DNA from: Prevotella sp. UBA2809
GTDB taxonomy: Bacteria > Bacteroidota > Bacteroidia > Bacteroidales > Bacteroidaceae
NCBI GenBank assembly: GCA_002351725.1
Contig: DEHD01000018.1
Coordinates: 10,519-74,518 of the forward strand
Direction: 5' to 3'
Length of the DNA stretch: 64,000 nucleotides
Shown: one piece after another, positions 20,116 to 27,430 of the stretch
Numbering within the stretch: position 1 is the first letter of the stretch
How the letters are laid out: each line of letters begins with the position of its first letter
Notes under the pieces: model-generated
Database searches by the model: none
What the model was told of the DNA's origin: nothing
Seen by the model: only the letters and a program-made list of their open reading frames with translations
Translations under genes and position numbers: made by a program

Positions 20116-20984
20116 TATTTGCCCGAGATAAGAGTCAGATGTGCAACAACCTGCTGCAGTACGCTCACGTCTATGCGTGGGGCCGCGAGCATGGCAGGAA
20201 GGTCATCTCCATGCGCTTCAGCTATAAGTATCAGTATTTCCATATCTGCCATACCAGTCTCACGGGTTTTGGCTGGTATCTGTTTGCCAAATATATGGCA
20301 GCGCTCAAGCTGCTGCCCACCGCCAGCTTCAAGCATAGCGACTGCGACCGAGAGGCTTTGGAGCGCAAGATGCTCCGCCACAAGCACATCGTCGTCAGCG
20401 GCTGGAATGTTCGTTTCTACGATCTGTTCCTGAAATACCGAAAAGAGATTTGCGAATTATTCACCCTCGATGAGCAATACACCGCCCCCGTGAAGGCTAG
20501 AATGGATGAAGCTAGGAGATCTCTCCACGCGCTTCGCTTGGTCGAGATGACAAGGGAGGGGGAAGGCATGTCGAGCGCTCTCGCCCTTGGTGTTCACATT
20601 CGCCGAGGCGACTACGCCCAATGGCAGAACGGCCAGTATTACTTCGACGATGCCGTATACGCAGCACATATCAACCGCTTCGCCGAGCTCCACCCCGACC
20701 AGACCATCCACGTCTTCCTCTCGACCAACGACCCGAGCGTCTCGGCCGAGGCCTACCAGCAAGCCTGTCCCAAGGTGATGATTCACCACTTTAAGGGCAG
20801 CGCCCCCGAAGACCTGTTCATGCTCTCCGAGTGTGACTACCTTATTGGTCCTCCCAGCACCTTCTCGCTCGTAGCCGCTATGTATAGAGATATCCCGTTA
20901 TACAGAATGGACGTTGCAGACGAAGGACAGATGACAAGTGAGTCTTTCCGTTTGTTTGACTATTGGTTTAGAAGAATCATTTAA
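20112..20984 (+). CDS. GT11-like alpha-1,2-fucosyltransferase
   Basis: GVHIRRGDY, EDLFMLSECD, PSTFS. Confidence 0.8.
   Translation: MIFARDKSQMCNNLLQYAHVYAWGREHGRKVISMRFSYKYQYFHICHTSLTGFGWYLFAKYMAALKLLPTASFKHSDCDREALERKMLRHKHIVVSGWNVRFYDLFLKYRKEICELFTLDEQYTAPVKARMDEARRSLHALRLVEMTREGEGMSSALALGVHIRRGDYAQWQNGQYYFDDAVYAAHINRFAELHPDQTIHVFLSTNDPSVSAEAYQQACPKVMIHHFKGSAPEDLFMLSECDYLIGPPSTFSLVAAMYRDIPLYRMDVADEGQMTSESFRLFDYWFRRII
20517..20578. repeat. REP-like element plus inverted partial copy within the GT11 gene, in frame
   Basis: AGATCTCTCCAC...GGTCGAGATGACA at 20517-20552. CATGTCGAGCGC at 20567-20578 is the exact reverse complement of 16265-16276. Confidence 0.65.
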
Positions 20985-20986
20985 AT

Positions 20987-21841
20987 ATGTCACAATTACG
21001 AAAAATAAGATACCGTTTGTTTTCATGGCGCCATTTTCCGCCATTAGTACCCTCACAACAGGAGATTGATGTGGTCATCCCCATTGTAGCCAAAGATCTG
21101 CACATCCTGCCTTTATGTCTGGAGGGGGTGCGCCAACAGGTATCGCATCACATCAAGGACATTTATATTGTGGCACCTGCAGAACAAGACATCGTTAAAT
21201 TTTGCGAGACAAACAATCTACATTTTGTAGACGAAACTTCCGTATTGGGATTCTCGCCCAAGGAGCTGAATATTGTGATAACAAATCCCGACGGAACAAC
21301 ACGCAATCGCAGTGGATGGCTTTTCCAACAACTAATAAAGTTGAGCGGCAAGGTTGGCACCTGTCAGCATTACCTCTGCATCGACGCCGACCATGTACTG
21401 ATTCGCCCACATGTGTTTCTTACAGACGACAATAAGACTGTTTTCTATATGAGCTATGAAGAGCATAAGCCCTATTATGAGAATATCCACAAACTTATGC
21501 CTGGATTACAATTGGATACTTTGTCGTATGTAGATCATAAGATGCTGTTCGACAAAGAACAGCTCAAGCGTCTTCATAATGCATTAAGCCAACAGACAGG
21601 TGACTCTTGGATAGACGCAATCATCAACAACTACGACCGCACAAACTTTGCCGGATTCTCAGAATTCGAGCTATACGGAAATTTTATCCAGAACAAGGAG
21701 CGCCGCCCATGGTTACAGAAGCGTTTATCTTATAATCATATAGCAGATTATTCTACATTGCAGAAGAAATGGAGCGGCTCACGATGGTCACTCACTTTTC
21801 CTGAATATATGAAACAGAACCACAAGTCAGCGGGATTGTAA
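20987..21841 (+). CDS. GT-A-fold putative glycosyltransferase (DUF6492-like)
   Basis: DVVIP, GWLFQQLIKL, IDAD (DxD), FSEFELYG. Confidence 0.7.
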   Translation: MSQLRKIRYRLFSWRHFPPLVPSQQEIDVVIPIVAKDLHILPLCLEGVRQQVSHHIKDIYIVAPAEQDIVKFCETNNLHFVDETSVLGFSPKELNIVITNPDGTTRNRSGWLFQQLIKLSGKVGTCQHYLCIDADHVLIRPHVFLTDDNKTVFYMSYEEHKPYYENIHKLMPGLQLDTLSYVDHKMLFDKEQLKRLHNALSQQTGDSWIDAIINNYDRTNFAGFSEFELYGNFIQNKERRPWLQKRLSYNHIADYSTLQKKWSGSRWSLTFPEYMKQNHKSAGL

Positions 21842-23734
21842 TACCAATCTGAATCCTACGTGTTTGAATCGTCTGCGTTTATCATACATAAACCTATTTG
21901 AAACACGACAATATCGAGGATCACAATCGTAGCCACCTCCACGGATTACATGGAAATTGGTTGAAGGCTTACTCTCTGGAGTTTTCCTGTACCAGTCTTC
22001 ACACCATTCCCAAACATTACCCGACATATCGAAGAGCCCTAATTCGTTTGGTTTGAGTTGGGCCACCGGTTCATGAGCATCAGTTTTGTTATTTGAAAGT
22101 GTATGCGCCACGGCGTCTATGTTGTTACTTCCTGCATACAGATAACCTTTTGACTTCTTACCTCCCTTGGCAGCATATTCCCATTCAGCCTCAGTTGGCA
22201 GTCTGAAGTGCATACCAGAAATCATGTTCAGCTTTTCTATAAACTCCTGGCACATGTCATATGTAACATACTCCACTGGCCTCTTTGCACCATTTTTCTT
22301 CGAAGGGTTATAATGCATTACAGCTTCCCACAGCTCCTGGGTAACCTCTGTTTCTCCAATATAAAAATCATCCAGCGTTACTCTACGATTTACCTCATCA
22401 GCATCAGCAAGTGTATCGTTGGGCAAAGCGCCAAGCATACAGTTTCCACCTTCTACATATCTCAGTTTATATGTAACTCCCTTAACTTTCAACGTACGGA
22501 GCACAACTTTTGTCTGTGCCTGCATACCAAAAGGCAATAGTAGAGTTGTGAGCACAAGTACCCCTTTTACTTTTGACATTTCAACTTTACACTCTCCCTC
22601 AGGTCCTACTGCCCACCATATCATGCGAAGCCAACAGAGCAAATAGGTATATACGTCAATCCAGTATGTCTCGTGTATATAGTTATGCAACCAGGCTGGG
22701 CAGAGAACGTCGGTAGGCAGTATGCAGAAGTTGACAACCAGCAACCAGAACAGCGTCCGATCAATCCAAGTACGCTTATTACGAAGCCAAAAAGCCATTG
22801 CATAAAACGGGAAAGCAATAATATACGTATGAGTTTCCGGACAGTCACTGAACATAATCATGAAACCTGTAATCACGCCGAGTGCCTCTACTCTGAAACA
22901 AAGTTTGCCCCAGCGTTTATATCTGGCAAAGAAGGCTATTGCCAACAAAGAAAATACTACTATCTGTACAAGTCGGTAGTTAGGTAGCAATAAAGGTTTC
23001 AAACCACGTGCAAAGAGAATTCCCACAAAGTCAGTGTCACTATGGTGGCTCGCTATCATATCAAACATCTGTTGATAAAGAACAAAGGGATTATCGAAAT
23101 TCTGGTTTAACAAAGGTAGGCAAACCAACAGACAGCCGAACACCAATGCTAATCCCAAGTTACGCCACACCTTTGGATAACATAACAATATAGCCAGCTC
23201 AGCAACTCCATACACCTTTGTTGTGGCAGAAATCATAATCAACAGCACTGCCCATACTGGTTTATTGCGTTCTAACAAGATGAATGCAAAAATATAGATA
23301 TATGCTACAATTATATTATGCTGGTAGCAGAACACAGTCTGCAGTACCACCGACAAAAGGAATAAGAATATCCAGTGTTTGTATTTATCCAGCTGTTGTG
23401 GCAGCATTTTTATGGCTAAGGCAAACAGACTGTAATTACCAATATTCCATACATACGGTCCTAACCACCATGGCAGGAGGAATATTGGGGCGAATAAAAC
23501 GCTGAATACGGGCGAATAAAGAAAATATATGTTGTGAGCTTGAGCATATTCCAGATTGTAGGGCGACAGTCCTTCCCAGAACATTCTTGTAGAATCCTGA
23601 TAGTCAAAATAGTTTGTGTTGCGACCACGGAACACCTCCATAGATGTGGCAAGCAGCACAACTACTAGGCCTAATACAAACACACAAGTGGGATTGCTGA
23701 AAAACCACTTTACAGCATCTAGGATTTTCTTCAT
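21827..23734 (-). CDS. GT87/DUF2029-like membrane glycosyltransferase fused to a C-terminal FGE/SUMF1-family domain
   Basis: Polytopic N-terminal part with FLYSPVF; C-terminal ETEVTQ, RLPTEAEWEYAA, PNELGLFDMSGNVWEWC, GFRLV. Confidence 0.8.
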   Translation of the reverse strand: MKKILDAVKWFFSNPTCVFVLGLVVVLLATSMEVFRGRNTNYFDYQDSTRMFWEGLSPYNLEYAQAHNIYFLYSPVFSVLFAPIFLLPWWLGPYVWNIGNYSLFALAIKMLPQQLDKYKHWIFLFLLSVVLQTVFCYQHNIIVAYIYIFAFILLERNKPVWAVLLIMISATTKVYGVAELAILLCYPKVWRNLGLALVFGCLLVCLPLLNQNFDNPFVLYQQMFDMIASHHSDTDFVGILFARGLKPLLLPNYRLVQIVVFSLLAIAFFARYKRWGKLCFRVEALGVITGFMIMFSDCPETHTYIIAFPFYAMAFWLRNKRTWIDRTLFWLLVVNFCILPTDVLCPAWLHNYIHETYWIDVYTYLLCWLRMIWWAVGPEGECKVEMSKVKGVLVLTTLLLPFGMQAQTKVVLRTLKVKGVTYKLRYVEGGNCMLGALPNDTLADADEVNRRVTLDDFYIGETEVTQELWEAVMHYNPSKKNGAKRPVEYVTYDMCQEFIEKLNMISGMHFRLPTEAEWEYAAKGGKKSKGYLYAGSNNIDAVAHTLSNNKTDAHEPVAQLKPNELGLFDMSGNVWEWCEDWYRKTPESKPSTNFHVIRGGGYDCDPRYCRVSNRFMYDKRRRFKHVGFRLVLQSR

Positions 23735-23736
23735 GC

Positions 23737-24855
23737 TTATTTGAACCTCTTAATAAGTTTAGTTATCAGGTCTATATCCTCGTCTTTCAGTTCATAAAAA
23801 AGAGGAAGCCTCACTAACGTATTGCCATAACGGTCACAGTTTGCCAATTGCCTACCATCATGCTTATCCTTATAATAAGCGCTTGAGTGCAGAGGCAGAT
23901 AATGGAACGTGGACTGTACACCATTGTTCTTCAGATAGTTTATAAATGCCGTGCGCTGTTCAAGACTCTCACAAAGCAGATAGTACATATGATAGTTATT
24001 GGTAGCATATTCCGGTAGTTCTGGACATGTAATACCCTTGGGCAGATTACCTTTCAAAGCCCTATCATAGCTCTCCCAGATGTGCTTACGCTTACCCTGT
24101 ATATCGTCTATCTGCTCTAACTGTGCCCATAGGAAGGCGGCATTTAATTCAGAAGGCAGAAACGATGATCCTGTGTCGCACCAGCCGTATTTATTCACCA
24201 TTCCACGATAGAATTCCGCACGGTTGGTTCCTTTTTCCCAAAGGATTTCCGATCTACGCACAAATCTTTCATCGTTAACCACCAGCATTCCTCCTTCACC
24301 ACAATTTATATTTTTAGTCTCGTGGAAAGAAAAAGCAGCTAGGTGCCCGATGCTTCCCAATGGCTTTCCTTTATAATATGAGTCAATGGCATGGGCAGCA
24401 TCTTCCACTACAAACAGGTTATGCTCCTTAGCTAAAGCCATTATGCCATCCATGTCGCAAGCCACACCGGCATAATGCACAACAACTATAACCTTGGTTT
24501 TCTCATTTATCAGAGGTGCTATTTCTTCTGCTGTTATATTCGGATTGACACTTCCACTATCAGCAAAGCGAATGACAGCACCCTCGCGAATAAATGCTAT
24601 GGCCGAAGACACAAACGTATACGAAGGCACAATAACCTCATCGCCTGCATTCAGTTCACATAGCATGGAACACATTTCCAAAGCATCGGTACCCGATGTG
24701 GTAAGAAGACACTTTCTGAATCCGTAATGCTTCTCGAAGAATCCATGACAGAGTTTAGTAAAGTCACCATTACCCGACATTGTGGTCGACTGACACACCT
24801 CATGTATATAACTCAACTCTCTGCCTGAGCAGTATGGTTTGTTGAATGGAATCAT
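23737..24855 (-). CDS. rffA: dTDP-4-amino-4,6-dideoxygalactose transaminase (WecE/RffA)
   Basis: MIPFNKP, PSYTFVSS, VHYAG, EDAA, FSFHETKN, EKGTNR, FHYLPLH. Confidence 0.9.
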   Translation of the reverse strand: MIPFNKPYCSGRELSYIHEVCQSTTMSGNGDFTKLCHGFFEKHYGFRKCLLTTSGTDALEMCSMLCELNAGDEVIVPSYTFVSSAIAFIREGAVIRFADSGSVNPNITAEEIAPLINEKTKVIVVVHYAGVACDMDGIMALAKEHNLFVVEDAAHAIDSYYKGKPLGSIGHLAAFSFHETKNINCGEGGMLVVNDERFVRRSEILWEKGTNRAEFYRGMVNKYGWCDTGSSFLPSELNAAFLWAQLEQIDDIQGKRKHIWESYDRALKGNLPKGITCPELPEYATNNYHMYYLLCESLEQRTAFINYLKNNGVQSTFHYLPLHSSAYYKDKHDGRQLANCDRYGNTLVRLPLFYELKDEDIDLITKLIKRFK

Positions 24856-24858
24856 TTT

Positions 24859-25779
24859 TTAAATATTCAAGGTTTCACTTACAATAAATATAGGGCGTCC
24901 TTTTACTTGGTCGAATATCTTCCCAATATATAGTCCCAGAACACCCATCATAAACAGTAGCAGACCACCTACAAACCAGATTGAGAAAATGGTTGATGTG
25001 TATCCAACTACCTCATTCAAACCATAGAACTTGGCAAAGATATTATATATGGCCATCAAGAAAGAAAGCACAGACATAATCAGACCTAACGACACTGCCA
25101 GATGCAGTGGACGATTACTGTTCGATATAATAGAGTCGTACGAAAGCTTAAGCAGCCGGTAAAGATTGTACGAGCTTTCGCCCTCCAATCTGTGATCATG
25201 TAACACGTCAACCGTAGTCTTCTTGAATCCAAGTGTATGAACTAGTTCTACAAACGAGCGCGAATATTCAGGAATGCTGCAATACACTTTTACCACTTTC
25301 TTACTATAGATACCAAACTCAGCCACAGCCTTATCAGTCTTGAAACCACTTAAGAAATCATAGGCTTTATGAAACATCGCCGACGATAGTCTTTTTAGGA
25401 AGGTATCTTCACGTACTACTCTACGCGCACTTACTATATCATAACCTTCCTGAGCCTTTCTGTACATAGCTGGAAGGTCTTCTGGTTTATTCTGCAAGTC
25501 GCAGTCAATCACAGCCACATATTCGCCCTTGGCATAGCTTAGTCCGGCAGTAATAGCATAAGGCTGCCCAAAGTTACGACTCAGGTTTATGCCCTTCACT
25601 TTTTTATCTCGGGCACATATCTCCGTTATTTTATTCCATGAGAGATCTGGCGAGCAGTCGTTTACCAATATTATTTCATAATTATCGGTCAGGTTTTTTA
25701 TTGCGGCATGAATACGCTGCACCAGCTCATCCAGCATTTTCTCCCCATGAAATACTGGTGAAACAATAGATAGATCCAT
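24859..25779 (-). CDS. GT2 polyprenol-phosphate glycosyltransferase (GtrB/ArnC-like)
   Basis: VNDCSPD, SRNFG, DCDLQ, two C-terminal TM helices, YIGKIF..VKGRP. Alternative start at 25791. Confidence 0.85.
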   Translation of the reverse strand: MDLSIVSPVFHGEKMLDELVQRIHAAIKNLTDNYEIILVNDCSPDLSWNKITEICARDKKVKGINLSRNFGQPYAITAGLSYAKGEYVAVIDCDLQNKPEDLPAMYRKAQEGYDIVSARRVVREDTFLKRLSSAMFHKAYDFLSGFKTDKAVAEFGIYSKKVVKVYCSIPEYSRSFVELVHTLGFKKTTVDVLHDHRLEGESSYNLYRLLKLSYDSIISNSNRPLHLAVSLGLIMSVLSFLMAIYNIFAKFYGLNEVVGYTSTIFSIWFVGGLLLFMMGVLGLYIGKIFDQVKGRPIFIVSETLNI

Positions 25780-25801
25780 AATAATATTCATAATTCTACT
25801 G

Positions 25802-25869
25802 CAAAGATACAAACATTTTTTGTTTTTCAATGATTTTTCTCATATTTTCGTTTTTTTTGTTTAACTTTG
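25802..25869. promoter_or_regulatory. divergent -7 boxes (GT2-wecE-GT87 vs gtrA-GT4)
   Basis: TATCTTTG on - (25809-25802) and TAACTTTG on + (25862-25869). Confidence 0.65.
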
Positions 25870-25887
25870 CAATCAAAATCAATATTG

Positions 25888-26277
25888 ATGCAACAAAAGA
25901 GGGAAACACTTGGACAGATAATGCGATTTGGTGTCGTAGGCGCAGTGTCTACGGCCATCCACCTTTCTATTTATTGGCTTTTACAACATTTCATCAATGT
26001 CAACATAGCCTATTCTGCAGGTTATTTCCTAAGTTTCCTGGCAAATTATTACCTCTCGGCCCGCTTCACCTTCCACGAACGCACATCGGCTCGAAATGGG
26101 GCTGGCTTTGCAGGAGCACATATATTCAACTACTTCTTGCAGATAGGATTGTTTAATTTCTTCTTGTGGATTGGTCTTCATCGGCTATTGGCTCCCTTTG
26201 CAGTATTAATGATAGCTGTGCCAACAAACTTTGTCATTGTGCGTTTTGTATTTAAACACTTCTCTAAGAAATCATGA
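25888..26277 (+). CDS. GtrA-family small flippase-like membrane protein
   Basis: About 130 aa, four hydrophobic segments, RFGVVG, NYYLSARFTF, NFVIVRFVF. Confidence 0.85.
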   Translation: MQQKRETLGQIMRFGVVGAVSTAIHLSIYWLLQHFINVNIAYSAGYFLSFLANYYLSARFTFHERTSARNGAGFAGAHIFNYFLQIGLFNFFLWIGLHRLLAPFAVLMIAVPTNFVIVRFVFKHFSKKS

Positions 26278-27428
26278 CTACAAGCATACTTAAAATAGGT
26301 TTCGATGCCAAACGCATAGTCCGCAATGGCACGGGGTTAGGAAGCTATGGACGTACATTAGTCAACGACCTCTCAAAGTTCCCCATCGAGCTCCGTCTCT
26401 ACGCCCCTGACGAAGGGCGTGCTGACCTGCGCGATCAAGTTTCCCATAAAGAAAACATTGTTTTCTCAGTAAGAAAACATCATTTTCTCGGCGGGAAAAC
26501 ACCGTTTTCTGCCTTAGAAAACGCTTATTGGCGTAGTCGAGGGATATTAAAAGACCTGAAGCGCGATGGTATTCAGTTGTTCCATGGTCTTTCTGGCGAG
26601 CTGCCTTTTGGCATCCACAAGAGTGGCATCAAGTCTGTTGTTACCATCCACGACCTTATTTTCCTACGCCATCCAGAGTTCTACAACCCCATTGATGTCA
26701 AGCTCTACACATGGAAATTTCGTCGCACCCTGCGTGAGGCCGACCATATCATAGCTATAAGCGAGTGCACAAAACGTGATATTATTGAATTCGGCGGTAC
26801 CGATGTTTCAGAGGATAAAATCACACTGATTTATCAGTCGTGCTCTCCCCGATTCAACACCTCTCAAAATTATAAAACCTCAAATCTTAATTCAAAATTG
26901 GGTCGTTACGTCTTGAGCGTTGGCTCCATCGAACCACGCAAGAACACTATGCTGGCACTCAAGGCCCTACACCATCTGCCCGACGATATATCATTGGTAC
27001 TTGTAGGTCGTCATACCGCTTATACAGACAAACTCATACAGTATGCCAGGGCCAATGGCTTAGAACATCGCCTTCACATCCTTCATGGTGTCCCCGATGC
27101 TCACCTCCCTGCCATCTATGCAGATGCAGAATGCTTTGTTTACCCAAGTGTCTACGAAGGTTTTGGAATACCTATCATCGAAGCCATCAGCTGTGGCCTA
27201 CCCGTTGTTGCCTGTACCGGTTCTTGCCTTGAGGAGGCAGGAGGTCCCGATTCTCTCTATGTAGCTCCTAACGATGCTATCGGCATGGCAAATGCCATAC
27301 GACGCAGTCTTAAAGGCGCCGATGATAGAGAAGAGCGAATCCAACGTAGTATGGACTATATCCGTCGCTTCAGCGGCACAGATGTTGCAGGGCAGGTAGT
27401 CGATGTATATAAAAGGGTTTTAGGTTAG
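26274..27428 (+). CDS. glycosyltransferase family 4
   Basis: TIHDL, VGSIEPRKN, YPSVYEGFGIPIIEA. Confidence 0.9.
   Translation: MTTSILKIGFDAKRIVRNGTGLGSYGRTLVNDLSKFPIELRLYAPDEGRADLRDQVSHKENIVFSVRKHHFLGGKTPFSALENAYWRSRGILKDLKRDGIQLFHGLSGELPFGIHKSGIKSVVTIHDLIFLRHPEFYNPIDVKLYTWKFRRTLREADHIIAISECTKRDIIEFGGTDVSEDKITLIYQSCSPRFNTSQNYKTSNLNSKLGRYVLSVGSIEPRKNTMLALKALHHLPDDISLVLVGRHTAYTDKLIQYARANGLEHRLHILHGVPDAHLPAIYADAECFVYPSVYEGFGIPIIEAISCGLPVVACTGSCLEEAGGPDSLYVAPNDAIGMANAIRRSLKGADDREERIQRSMDYIRRFSGTDVAGQVVDVYKRVLG
26451..26522 (+). repeat. 22-bp palindromic tandem repeat (GAAAAC-N3-RTTTTC-N7, three units plus a partial) inside the GT4 gene
   Basis: Units start at 26451, 26473, 26495 and 26517. Confidence 0.8.
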
Positions 27429-27430
27429 AA

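Noticed and set aside
21827-22000. FGE/CLec C-terminus as a diversity-generating retroelement target
   Set aside because: No reverse transcriptase and no template repeat differing at adenines was seen in the window; a remote DGR cannot be excluded.
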